Below, piece after piece: positions 35,493 to 47,811 of a stretch of DNA of 64,000 nucleotides. How positions within the stretch are numbered: position 1 is the first letter of the stretch; every line of letters begins with the position of its first letter. The DNA is from Octopus sinensis (taxonomy: Eukaryota). Both the position numbers and the translations under genes were made by a program. The stretch is taken from positions 9,114,001-9,178,000 of the forward strand of contig NC_043020.1 of the NCBI RefSeq assembly GCF_006345805.1, in the 5' to 3' direction. The notes under the pieces are model-generated. The model had not been told where the DNA came from and did no database searches. It saw only the letters and a list, made by a program, of their open reading frames with translations.

Positions 35493-35592
35493 ATCGCTTT
35501 CCAGACATCTGTACACTACTGCATGTGCTTTATATGCACTGTCTGACAAGTTGTGGTGCACCTGAGCACTGTATACAATAATTTCATTATAT
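35493..35592 (+). mobile_element. CR1 3' UTR tip (long-UTR subfamily), head-to-head with 35053-35490
   Basis: CGCTTTCCAGACATC...GTGCACCTGAGCACTGTATACAATAATTTCATT. Confidence 0.85.
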
Positions 35593-35621
35593 TATATATA
35601 TAATATATATATATATATATA

Positions 35622-35930
35622 CGGTGGTTGTCTACTCCTTATGCAGGGTCTGACTACCTTTCGTACTTACACCTTAAATCCATCATGGCGTCTGATGCGG
35701 CTTTTTAAACCAGACGATGTAATGAAAAGACACCCACATAGATTGCATATCTGATATGGACCACCAAGAGTTCCAGTTAAGTTCCGATCTTTGTGGATCT
35801 TAAAATGTCTTTTGAGGTCTCTGTTAGATTTGCCCACCTTCTGGCATTCATGGCATTAAAAGGTGTGCCACGGGTAAATAGGGGAGAGTAGTTTGTGGCG
35901 GTTCGTTTTTCATGGGTCCCTTTATACTTT
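35622..35930 (-). mobile_element. 3' end of an RTE/BovB-like LINE encoding two C2H2 zinc fingers (decayed)
   Basis: Minus 35855-35667 translates CHECQKVGKSNRDLKRHFKIH...CNLCGCLFITSSGLKSRIRRH..*, preceded by an in-frame stop and a basic stretch; short 3' tail abuts (TA)n. Confidence 0.65.
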
Positions 35931-36657
35931 TTTTATTATTTTTTTTTTTACATATAACTAGTTTAAGAATGATACAAGAATAGGGGCTTAATTAGTTTAC
36001 AGCTGATAACAATTCCTGTTTGTCTTTCCACTCTGAAGCAAGTGGTTTCTTTTGTTCTGACAACTGTCTGAACGAACTCACACGGTTAAAAAAGCAAATG
36101 AGAAAAAGTGTACTCTTCAGATAAAGTAGAATTTATTTATTAATGGGAAGCCGATGATTCGCACGTGTGATTTATCCTATTTTGTGTGATTCTTCTGGTC
36201 AATAGTTCCAAGACGTGACAAAAAAATTGAACTTTTACCAAGAAAAATAAATAAATAAATGCAAGGGAAGTAACTCTGTGATGAGTTTTTCTGTTTCTCT
36301 ACGTTCTGTAACCGGCTTTTTGAATTAAAAGAAAAAAAACCCTTTAATATGCTTGTTGCTCAATATTTTCCTCTGTTAAATCAGATATTTCCTAAGGTTA
36401 TAGAGTAAACTCTAAATATAGTTATATGCTGCAAATAAACTAAAACACAGGCTGGAAAGTAGACCATTCTCCAATCCAAGTTGGACGTAGAGGATTCATA
36501 TAATCTTCAAAGAACAGGGTTACTTTTGTTTTTGATTACTCCAAGCGACTGATTTATTTTGTTCTCGCAAAGGATCAATAACCCAAATTATTTTGAGATT
36601 AGCTTGTTTCCACACTATGGGGTCATCAGTTCAATCCCATAGCATGGAACTGTGGGT

Positions 36658-36790
36658 CATCATCATTCATCATTGTTCGACCGTGGTCGAGACAATGGAA
36701 TTTACCATGCTACGCCAGACTTCACGGTCCATCATGGCATTGCGGAGGTCCTGTTGCTGGATGCCTGTATCCCTGGAGATTACATCAGAG
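36658..36790 (-). mobile_element. 3' tip of the same RTE family as 29665-30228
   Basis: Reverse complement of 30100-30228. Confidence 0.85.
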
Positions 36791-37118
36791 TAAGTGGGTA
36801 AGTGTCCTCTACTAAAGCCCCAGGACGACCAGCGGGCGAAACTTTTTTTCCCACGAGAGTTTCGGACTCCAGTAATGAACTCATTTGCATACAGCTAATC
36901 AGAGCTCACCTTGATAATCCGAAAACTGTGTACGGCTACAGTACAGCCAGGTAGGCATAGAATGGTGTATCTCACTCTGTGGATACAGCATAGTAAGTCT
37001 CACAAAAGCACCACATTCCCCCCACCTTCACCATCCTCGTAGAATTTAAATTAGCAATGTACAAAATTAGGAAACTACATTCGTTAACATTTTCTCGTAA
37101 ATTACGCAAATTGGCAAC

Positions 37119-37441
37119 ACTGGCGACGGACTTGGTAAACACCCACAAAGTTACCAACCACCTCACCAACAACAACACTGAACACCTTTTTTATCTCCAT
37201 GTGTCTAACACACGTGGACATGCCTACAAAGTCAGAAAACAACACAGCTCCCATGACTTTCGGAAACATTTTTTCACGCTCAGAGTTACTGAAGCATGGA
37301 ATAAACTGCCTGCGTCAGTTGTTGACTGCCATGACACTGCATCCTTTAAGGCCCTCATGCTTTCTGAAATCCGCCGAAACTACACCTGATTATATATGCA
37401 CTTTAGATGAGTTGTAGTGCACCTGAGCACTGTACACAATG

Positions 37442-37525
<84 letters not shown>
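37119..37525 (+). mobile_element. CR1 3' fragment (short-UTR subfamily) with long (ATT)n tail
   Basis: Near-identical to the reverse complement of 35053-35400. Confidence 0.92.
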
Positions 37526-37526
<1 letters not shown>

Positions 37527-38123
37527 AATAAATAAATAAACCAAAACATTCCCCAAAGAAAGTGATGACGCAGGCTGGAATGCAGACCATTCTCCAATCA
37601 AATTTGGACGTAGAGGATTAAAACAGGGTTACTTCTGTTTTTGATTACTCCAAGCAACTGTAGGCAGGCATAGAATGGTGTATGTCACTCTGTGAATACA
37701 GCATAGTAAGTCTCACAAAAGCACCACATTCCCCCCACCTCTACCATCCTCGTAGAATTTTAATTAGCAATGTACAAAATTAGGAAACTACATTCGTTAA
37801 CATTTTCTAGTAAATTATGCAAATTGGCAACATTTATGGCTTCATCTGTGAGCAGCTCTCCATTCCCTTTTTTGCACTAAATTCCACATTTGTCTCCCCT
37901 GTTAACCCGTTTAGAACAGACTTTGCTACGACGCACTTTTCCCTCTGAACTCAACCAGGGTATTTTCGTGACAAGGTGGACACTAGTTTTAGAGTTGAGA
38001 TCTTATTGGCTGTATGAGTTCATAACTGAGGTCCGGAATTTATTTCACAGGCCAGCCGAAACCTTGTTGCTGGATTTCGTACATGGAAACAGTCTGGAAG
38101 CCCTGTGTTTGCATGTATGTGTG

Positions 38124-38155
<32 letters not shown>

Positions 38156-38164
38156 CGCGCACGT

Positions 38165-38910
38165 GCACACCTTTGTACTGGAATTTGCATCACCGTTCTG
38201 GAACCCCTATCTTGCCCAGGATATAAGGTTGTCCCAAAAGTTCGTAGAACGTCTTGGAAAATAATGGTCTTTATTTTGAGGAATAATTTTTGTTGTTTTT
38301 GCTAGTACTTGGCGAGTAAAAATTCAATTTTCGCAAGTGTTTACGAACTTTTGGGACAACCTAATATTAATCGTCTGGAAGCCGTTCAGTGATGTGCAAC
38401 CGAGAGAATACCCTCCATCAGGCATTTGCCATATTCTGAGCGCCTTACTTTCCTTGGCATGGACACATTGAAACTCCAACGTCTGGCAGCTGACTTCGCA
38501 GACACCCATAAAATTATCAACCATCTTACAAACAATAACTCTGAGCACCTTTTCAAACTCCACTTGTCTAACATCCGTGGACATGTTTACAAAGTCAGAA
38601 AACAGCACAGCTCCCATGACTTCAGGAAACATTTTTTCACGCTGAGAGTTGCTGAAGCATGGAACAAACTGCTGGCATCAGTTGTTAGTTGTCGGAGCAC
38701 TGCATCCTTCAAGACTTCCATACTTCCTGAGATTCGCCAACACTACCCCTAATTTTCTCCCCTCCATACACGCGCATGTATCTGACTCATACACTGTCCA
38801 CTCTCCAGACATTTGTACATCACTGCATGTACTTTATACGTACTTTCTGACAAGTTGTGGTGCACCTGAGCACTGTATACGATAATTTCATTATTATTAT
38901 TATTATTATT
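38165..38910 (+). mobile_element. CR1-clade LINE 3' fragment (long-UTR subfamily) with a MITE inserted at 38224-38364
   Basis: LEFASPFWNPYLAQD[MITE]INRLEAVQ...PYSERL...RGHVYKVRKQ...RKHFFTLRVAEAWNKL; 3' stem-loop GTGCACCTGAGCAC and (ATT)n tail. Confidence 0.92.
38224..38364. mobile_element. mariner-type MITE (141 bp) inserted in CR1
   Basis: TIR T(A/T)AGGTTGTCCCAAAAGTTCGTA; TA TSD; CR1 frame resumes after it. Confidence 0.92.
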
Positions 38911-39151
38911 ATAGTCAATGTTCCTGTAACTTAATGGCTCAAAAATATGAGACTGATAGAATATGTACCAGGCTGAAAAGAAAAACGAACAAGTACTGGA
39001 ATCTATTTGCTGGATTAAAACCCTCCAAAGTGGTGCCCCAGCATGGCCACAGTCCAAGCGAATGATAAATTATGTGAATGCTATCATCTTTACACAAACA
39101 CTCTTAGTATATGCCATCCCACATATATATATATATATATATACATATACA

Positions 39152-39191
<40 letters not shown>

Positions 39192-39568
39192 TACACATAT
39201 AGCTCTGCATCACTTTCTGATATCCTGTTTCTTATTTTGATTTTCAACATACATATATGTACACACACACACATATATATATATTTGTGTGTGTGTGTGT
39301 ATACGTTTGTGTGTCTGTCTTTGTCCCCCCAACATCACTTGACAACCGATGCTGGTGTGTTTACGTCCCCGTAACTTAGTGGTTCGGCAAAAGAGACTGA
39401 TAGAATAAGTGCTAGGCTTGCAAAGAATATGTCCTGGGGTCGATTTGCTCGACTAAAGGCGGTGCTCCAGCATGGCTGCAGTCAAATAACTGAAACAAGT
39501 AAAAGAGCAAAAGTGCATATATATATATATATACACATACACACACACACACACACATATATATATAT

Positions 39569-39890
39569 CATCATCATCATCATTTAACGTCCACTTTCCA
39601 TGCTAGCATGGGTTGGACGGTTCAACTGGGGTCTGGGGAGCCCTAAGGCTGCACCAGGCCAGTCAGATCTGGCAGTGTTTCTACAGCTGGATGCCCTTCC
39701 TAACGCCAACCACTCTGAGAGTGTAGTGGGTGATTTTATGTGCCACCGACACAGGTGCCAGACGAGGCTGGCAGACGGCCACGCTCGGATGGTGTTTTTT
39801 ATGTGCCACCGACACAGGTGCCAGACGAGGCTGGCAGACGGCCACGCTCGGATGGTGTTTTTTATGTGCCACCGACACAGGTGCCAGACG
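39569..39890 (-). mobile_element. RTE 3' UTR copy with 60-bp units, inserted in (TA)n
   Basis: Matches 59516-59772; (TA)n on both flanks. Confidence 0.9.
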
Positions 39891-39981
<91 letters not shown>

Positions 39982-40419
39982 GTACACACACACACACACA
40001 CATACATACACGTATGTGTCATACTTATGGCTTCACCATGTATTATTTTTCTCAAAGTTAAACCTTTTGTTCCGAAGCAGCAAGAAAATAATGTCTCCTT
40101 TGGAGAGAAAGTTGAGATTACGAGACATGTGTTGCATCTAAAAGGTTTTCTGAGAATTCCACAGCTGACTCTGTTTACCATTCAAACATTGCTTCAAAAT
40201 CCACTTTGAAAAGAGTTTAATGGAATTTCAAAATATTCTCTGAGAATTTACATCAGATCAAAATGGAGGAATTTTTTTGTATATGTAAGTATTACAAACA
40301 TCTGGACGTGTGCTTGCTTGCACACATGACAAATGCATGTGTATATATGTATGTTGGTAGGTATGCGTATGTATGTGTGAACATATTTGTCATTATACTT
40401 ATGTGTGTAATACACACAC

Positions 40420-40453
40420 ACACACACACATGTATATGTATATATATATATAG

Positions 40454-40487
<34 letters not shown>

Positions 40488-40526
40488 TATATTATATATA
40501 TACATACATACACATCTATATATGTA

Positions 40527-40600
<74 letters not shown>

Positions 40601-40624
40601 TACATATCACCATCTATATATTAC

Positions 40625-40675
<51 letters not shown>

Positions 40676-40721
40676 TATATAATCTATATATATACACATA
40701 CATACACATCTATATATGTAC

Positions 40722-40770
<49 letters not shown>

Positions 40771-40824
40771 CACACACATCTATATATGTACATGTATATA
40801 TACACACACACATACATATTTGTG

Positions 40825-40865
<41 letters not shown>

Positions 40866-41440
40866 TCACAGACACACACACACATAGATATATATGTATT
40901 TACATGTGCTATATATACTTGTGTTTATATATTTATATATACATTATGTGTGAGTATATGTATCAGCATGTATCTCTCGCTTTTTCTGTCTGTCTGTCTG
41001 TCTCTCTATCCCCCTCTCTCTCTCTCTAAACACACACACACACACACACAGACAAAATTATATAATGGACACTGAATATTAAGAGCATTATACTCAAGTG
41101 ATGGCATTGCTACACACACACACACACACACACACTCACTCACTCACTCTCTTTCTCTCTCTCTCACTCACTCACACACACACACACACACTCACTCACT
41201 CACTCACTCACTCTCTTTCTCTCTCTCTCACTCACTCACACACACACACACCACACACACACACACTCACTCACTCACTCTCTTTCTCTCTCACTCACTC
41301 ACACACACACACACACACACTCACTCACTCACTCACTCACTCTCTTTCTCTCTCTCTCACTCACTCACACACACACACACACTCACTCACTCACTCTCTT
41401 TCTCTCTCTCTCACTCACTCACACACACACACACACATAT
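40420..41440. repeat. Large compound (TA)/(CA)/(CACT)/(CT) microsatellite block just upstream of the protease signal-peptide exon
   Basis: Direct reading. Confidence 0.9.
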
Positions 41441-41545
41441 TGCATGCACATGTGTGTGTATATGTGTGTGTGTGTTTGAACAATATCTTTGTATATATCC
41501 TGTAATTCCATCGGATGGAATTCTGGTGACCAAGCTCTTTTCAGG

Positions 41546-41588
41546 ATGTTAATTCTAAGTTTGTCGTTAATATTGCAGATATTTCAAG
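41546..41588 (+). CDS. S1 serine protease coding exon 1: signal peptide (MLILSLSLILQIFQ)
   Basis: ATG just after a cttttcag| acceptor, hydrophobic 14 codons, strong |gtaaga phase-1 donor. Splices in frame to 49180 to give MLILSLSLILQIFQVLESSRINY-IVSG. Confidence 0.75.
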
Positions 41589-41669
41589 GTAAGAAATACA
41601 ATTTAGGTTTTTAATTAAGTTTCCAAAAATGCATTTTCAAAAAAAAGAAAAAAAAAATTACAGTTGCTT

Positions 41670-42120
41670 CTAATACTAATCGCTTCGAGATTAACTCTAA
41701 AACTAAAAAATGCTATGATCAAGCTAAACTTGTTTGACCGAACAGAACCCATGAGGCAAAGCAAACTGAGAATCAACCTCAAGGACCATAAAAAGAACTT
41801 TCATGATAACCCCTCTCTTAGACTTATTTGGTCCAACTAGATCTGATATCAGTCGGCTCAGTAAATCCATTCTGGATACTATCTTACCTCTTGGAATTCC
41901 TAAATTATCTCTCAAATTATGGTGTAATACACTGGTTCACATCAATTGAAAATTTAAGTAAGTACTCCTTCATTCAGTTGTTTAATATCAACAGTTGCTA
42001 TTCCAATATCTCCCCTATTCTCCTAAATAAGTCCCCTGATTGTTGCTAAAGGCCTCTCTCTTTTAACTAGGGATAAAATAATAGAAAGGATTATTATTAT
42101 CATTATTACAGAGGTGGGCA
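41670..42120 (+). pseudogene. Penelope-like element RT fragment (left arm of inverted duplication)
   Basis: Translates with frameshifts to INLKDHKKNFHDNPSLRLI.PTRSDISRLSKSILD...VIHWFTSIENLSKYSFIQ.NINSCYSNISPILLNKS, matching the PLE RT pattern LKDHKENF.NNP..RLINP.KS..G.ISK.ILD...VI.WF..I.NK...FI.FDI..FYPSI. Confidence 0.8.
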
Positions 42121-42407
42121 ATTTTGAGGGAAGGAGTTAAATGATTAAATTGACCTCAGTACCTGACTGGTACTTTATTTTATCAACCCCCAGGGAGTCG
42201 ATAAGCGAAGACAAACTCAATGGAATTTGAATTCAGGATGTAGAGCTGGAAGAAATGTGATTAAACAATTTGTCTTATGTGTTTATAGTTCTGCCAGATC
42301 ACCCTTTAGCAACAACAACAATAATAATATAACACGTCTTGAATGGCACTGCTATGGAGAGTGCACTATAATAACCGTTATAATTTAATTATTCATTGTC
42401 TGACATA

Positions 42408-42548
42408 TTAGGTTGTCCCAAAAGTTCGTAAACACTTGCGAAAATTGAATTTTTACTCGCCAAGTACTAACAAAAACAACAAAAATTATTCCTCAAAATA
42501 AAGACCATTATTTTCCAAGACTTTCTACGAACTTTTGGGACAACCTTA
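42408..42548. mobile_element. mariner-type MITE, second copy (opposite orientation)
   Basis: Reverse complement of 38224-38364; TA TSD. Confidence 0.92.
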
Positions 42549-42589
42549 TATTTTGGAATATAAAAATTCTTTCAGATGTTGCTAGGAAT

Positions 42590-42945
42590 TGATCAAGTTA
42601 CTGCTATAATTGATTTTCCAAAGGTTACTCAATTTTGTATTTTTCGGAAGCGTCTCTGCAGTAGTCTAACAAAGCTTCTTCCAGAATTCCTTGTCCCGAG
42701 GGAGATCAAAGAGGAAAATGATCCCATCAACTTTAAACGGAGTCTGGATAGATTCCTTCAAAGAATACCAGATAAGCCACCCATAATTGGATACAACTCA
42801 CCCAACAAGAACTCACTACTTGAATGGATCATAAACAAAACTTGACTTAAACAGGATTCAGATAATCCTATCAGGTGGTGCTATTAAGTTAGACATGGCC
42901 TGGACCAATCTTTGGTCGAAACATATCTAAGTTTATCTAAGTTTA
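42590..42945 (+). mobile_element. 3' end of a non-LTR retrotransposon (CR1/L2-group-like)
   Basis: ORF end FKRSLDRFLQRIPDKPPIIGYNSPNKNSLLEW; terminal short tandem repeat (AAGTTTATCT)n. Confidence 0.6.
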
Positions 42946-43269
42946 TCAGACTATGAATAATTAAATTATAACCGTTGTTATAGTCCACTCTGCATTGTTG
43001 TGCCATTCAAGACATGTTATATTTCACAAACAATATACAATGCTTCAAGCAAACTACAATACTCTCCCAATAATGATAATAATCTTTTCTATGAAAGGCA
43101 CAAGACCTGAAATTTGTGGGGAAGGAAGACTAGTTGATTACACTGGTACTTAATCTATCGACCCTGAAAGGATGAAAGGCAAAGTCGACTTCAGTAGAAT
43201 TTGAACTCAGAATGTAAAGACAGACAAAATACTGCAAAGCATTTCGCCCGGCATTCTAACAATTCTGCC

Positions 43270-43800
43270 AGCCCACCTCTGTAATAATGATAATAATAAT
43301 CCTTTCTATTATTTTATCCCTAGTTAAAAGAGAGAGGCCTTTAGCAACAATCAGGGGACTTATTTAGGAGAATAGGGGAGATATTAGAATAGTAACTGTT
43401 GATATTAAACTGAATGAAGGAGTACTTACTTAAATTTTCAATTGATGTGAACCAGTGTATTACACCATAATTTGAGAGATAATTTAGGAATTCCAAGAGG
43501 TAAAACAATATCCAGAATGGATTTACTGAGCCGACTGATATCAGATCTAGTTGGACCAAATAAGTCTAAGAGAGGGGTTATCATGAAAGTTCTTTTTATG
43601 GTCCTTGAGGTTGATTCTCAGTTTGCTTTGCCTCATGGGTTCTGTTCGGTCAAACAAGTTTAGTTTGATCATAGCTTTTTTAGTTTTAGAGTTAATCTCC
43701 AAGCGATTGGTATTAGTGGTTATTTTATATTTTGCATTAAGTTCTTTGAGTATCAGCCTTCTGTAAGTACTGTAGTCCAATCTTTATAAATTCCCAAACC
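43270..43800 (-). pseudogene. Penelope-like element RT fragment (right arm of inverted duplication, longer at its 5' end)
   Basis: Reverse complement of 41670-42120 at high identity; ORF 43547-43780 gives ...RINLKDHKKNFHDNPSLRLI. Confidence 0.8.
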
Positions 43801-44974
43801 TGGTTTGTTTCTTGATGATTTTGTGGGATGACGTCAGCAGCTGGGTGCGTTGACCGGAAGCTGGGGCAACCAGAAGGGGGCCGCCGTCAGGCGTGCGCAG
43901 GGAGCGGTCAATTGGGCCTTTCCAACGTGGGTCGTGCAGGTGACAAGACGTGTGAGAACGTCGCTAAGGGTTTGGGCTAGCAGCTGCTATCGTTAGTGTT
44001 CGGGTCGGGGCTGTGTCGAAGGACTAGTTACCACTGGAGGGTCTCCGTCACTAGGAACAGAAGGTAGGTGCCTTTATATTCAAATCGCGCACACACTACA
44101 GATTTAATGATGATGATGATATATATATCATCATCATCATCATCATTTAATGTCTGTTTTTCATGCTGGTATGGTTTGACTGCCAGTCTGATTTGGCAAG
44201 GTTTCTACAGCTGGATGCTCTTCCTCATGCCAACCATTCCAAGGGTGTAATGAGTGCTTTTTATGTGCCACTGACCTGACACTGGCATCAGCCCTGATTA
44301 CAATCTCACCTTAGCTTGACAAGTCGACACAAGCATGGGAGATCGCCAAAGGTCTCAACCACTTGTCACTGCTTCTATGAGGTCCAATGCTTGAATGGTG
44401 CTTTTTACGTGCCACCAGCATGGGTGCCATTCATCTTTGTGTCTCTGTTTGTCCCCACCAATGCTTGGGAATCAATATTGTTTTGTCTACTTACCTGTAA
44501 CTTAGCAGTTTGACAAAAAAGATGAATAAACTTAAAAATAAGTTTTGGGGTCAATTAGTTCAACTAAAACCCTTCAATGCAATGCCCCAGCATGGCCCCA
44601 GTCTAATGACGGAAACAAGTAAAAGATAAAAAATATTAAGACACCTGTTGTTGTTTAACCCCAGGCCAACCCTGATTGAGTAGGCATATGATCAAAGGAA
44701 TTTAAGCTTTGATCATCTTGTCCTTTATTTATTTAATCAGGCCAAAGACTACATTTGATCACATCATCAAACATGTCCTTCATTTTTTCAAGTTGACAGG
44801 TGTAATTTGAAGGAGATTTGACTGCTATTTCTAACAACTCAAGTATCCAAGAGCTGTTATTCTTAATTTGCATTTAAATCAATTCTCTGCTACCTTTTTG
44901 CAAATTTTCAAACTGAAATGGTTTTACACTTATTTTACACCTATGCATACCTTTCCTTCCTGGGACACAGAACC

Positions 44975-45589
44975 CTACTTGTGAAGACCTGTTGAGGCAA
45001 GTGAAAATCAGAAAATCAGAAAATCAAAAATCAAAAATCAAAATCGATCAACTTGAATAGAAATTGTAGCTGTGATACCAGTGCTGGTGGCACATAAGAG
45101 AACCATCCGAACGTGGCCATTGCCAGTGCCGCCCTGACTGGCTTCCGTGCCGGTGGCACGTAAAAAGCACCATCCGATCGTGGCCGTTTGCCAGCCTTGC
45201 CTAGCCTCCATGCCGGTGGCACGTAAAAAGCACCATCCGATCGTGGACGTTTGCCAGCCTTGCCTAGCCTCCATGCCGGTGGCACGTAAAAAGCACCATC
45301 CGATCGTGGACGTTTGCCAGCCTTGCCTAGCCTCCATGCCGGTGGCACGTAAAAAGCACCATCCGATCGTGGCCGTTTGCCAGCCTTGCCTAGCCTCCGT
45401 GCCGGTGGCACGTAAAAAGCACCCACTACACTCACGGAGTGGTTGGCGTTAGGAAGGGCATCCAGCCGTAGAAACACTGCCAGATCAGACTGGCCTGGTG
45501 CAGCCTTCTGGCTTCCCAGACCCCAGTTGCACCGTCCAACCCATGCTAGCATGGAAAGCGGACGCTAAACAATGATGATGATGATGATG
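44975..45589 (+). mobile_element. RTE 3' UTR copy with four 60-bp units
   Basis: GTGGCACGTAAAAAGCACCATCCGATCGTGG..TTTGCCAGCCTTGCCTAGCCTCC(A/G)TGCCG repeated; (GAT)n tail. Confidence 0.9.
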
Positions 45590-45911
45590 GGTTTGTTTTC
45601 TGAGATTAGGAAACATTATAAAAGACAGAAAATTGCATTTATGCAACTTAGTGCAATTAGTGCAATTAATATAATTAGTATAATTGATATAATTAGTAAT
45701 AATTAGAACTACTAAAGAAATTCAAAGAAAATTTCTGACTCAAATTGCAACAAAAATGCTTGTATTTTAATTCGCAGAGAGTAATTAAAAGAAATTGAGA
45801 TATTTAATGACAGTTGTAATTAATAATAATTAAAAAATTATACATGTAACTGTAGCTGCAATTAAAGATATTATATTTTGCTGCAGTTTTTAATTCAATA
45901 TCTTTTATACA

Positions 45912-46520
45912 TAGTGTGGCTGTCTGTTAAGACGTTTGCTTCACAGCCTCGTGGTTCTGGGTTCAGTCCCACTGTATGGCACCTTGGGTAAGTGTCTTCT
46001 GCTACAGCCTCCAGCTAACCAAAGATTTGTGAGTGGATTTGGTTGATGGAAACTGAAAGAAGTTCGTCATAAGGCGGCGAGCTGGCAGAATCGTTAGCAC
46101 GCCAGGCGAAAATGCGTAGCCGTATTTCGTCTGCCGTTACGTTCTGAGTTCAAATTCCGCCAAGGTCGACTTTGCCTTTCATCCTTTCGGGGTCGATAAA
46201 TTAAGTACCAGTTATGCACTGGGGTCGATGTAATCGACTTAATCCGTTTGTCTGTCCTTGTTTGTCCCCTCTGTATTTAGCCCCTTGTGGGCAATAAAGA
46301 AATAAGAAGCTTGTCATATGTGAGTCTCTGTGTCTATGTTAGTCTTACACCAATGCTTGACAACCAGTGTTGGTATGTTTATATCCCAGTAACTTAGCAG
46401 CTCAGCAGAGAGACTAATCCAATAAATACCAGGCTTAAAAAGGGAAAAATAAGTCCTGGGGTCAGTTCATTTGACTAGAAATAATTGTAGATGGTGCCCC
46501 AGCATGGCCACAGATACAAG
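45912..46520 (+). mobile_element. Old SINE-A interrupted by a young SINE-B (46072-46307)
   Basis: Diverged A consensus resumes after the B copy; imperfect duplication AGAAG(TTC/CTT)GTCATA. Confidence 0.8.
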
Positions 46521-46597
46521 AGAAAATGTAATTTCAGCTGTAATTAAAAGAGGTTTTGACATGCAGCAACTGATGTAATTAAAAATATTAAATGTAT

Positions 46598-46759
46598 GCG
46601 CAGGAGTGGCTGTGTGGTAAGTAGCTTGCTTACCAACCACATGGTTCTGGGTTCAGTCCCACTGCGTGGCATCTTCGGCAAGTGTCTTCTGCTATAGCCC
46701 CGGGCCGACCAATGCCTTGTGAGTGGATTTGGTAGACGGAAACTGAAAGAAGCCTGTCG

Positions 46760-46800
<41 letters not shown>

Positions 46801-47005
46801 TGTGTGTGTGTCTGTGTTTGTCCCCCCCACCATCGCTTGACAACCGATGCTGGTGTGTTTACGTCCCTGTCACCCAGCGGTTCGGCAAAAAGAGATCGAT
46901 AGAATAAGTACTGGGCTTACAAAGAATAAGTCCCGGGGTCGATTTGCTCGACTAAAGGCGGTGCTCCAGCATGGCCGCAGTCAAATGACTGAAACAAGTA
47001 AAAGA
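46598..47005 (+). mobile_element. SINE-A
   Basis: Same consensus. Confidence 0.9.
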
Positions 47006-47162
47006 ATAGAACAATAGTTATATTTACAAAATCATATATTCTGATCTAATTAAAAATTTATGCTTGTAATCATTGATTACAGTTTATGTACGAGGGGACA
47101 ACCCCCCAAAAACTGGAAGTTTGCAATATTATTTTAGTTTTACATTTTTTTTTTTTTCACAT

Positions 47163-47519
47163 GTTTCAGTCATTTTGACTGCGGCCATGCTGGAGCACCG
47201 CCTTTAATCGAGCAACTCGAACCCGGGACTTATTCTTTGTAAGCCCAGTACTTATTCTATCGGTCTCTTTTGCCGAACCGCTAAGTGACGGGGACGTAAA
47301 CACACCAGCATCAGTTGTCAAGCAATGCTAGGGGGACAAACACATACATATATATACGACGGGCTTCTTTCAGTTTCCGTCTACCAAATCCACTCACAAG
47401 GCATTGGTCGGCCCGAGGCTATAGTAGAAGACACTTGCCCAAGATGCCTCGCAGTGGGACTGAACCCGGAACCATGTGGTTGGTAAGCAAGCTACTTACC
47501 ACACAGCCACTCCTGCGCC
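47163..47519 (-). mobile_element. SINE-A, inverted relative to 46598-47005, inserted in the mariner
   Basis: Same consensus. Confidence 0.9.
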
Positions 47520-47811
47520 TATGTTTACACTTTTATCACTTTCACAGTATTCTCCATTTGAAGCAATGCCTTGGCCCAGGAGTGTATTCCACTGTTCAAA
47601 GCAGTCCTGGAACTCTTGTGAAGTGATGCTCTTTAACGCCTCCATCATTTTCTCTCTTTGCCTCCTCCACATCATTTTTCCTTTAAGGACTTTTCATTTG
47701 GAGGAACAGAAAAGACTCACAGGGAGCAAGATTGGGTGTATAGGGAGAGTGGGCAAGTGGGGGTCATTCCGTTTTTAATCAAAAACTGTCTCACACTTGA
47801 GGCAGTGTGCA

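Larger units (their letters stand above)
36445..37832. repeat. Local direct duplication (36445-36550 plus 36950-37118 versus 37570-37832), ending in a hAT-like TIR (GCAAATTGGCAACACTG)
   Basis: Colinear about 90%-similar blocks; the first copy is interrupted by later insertions. Confidence 0.65.
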
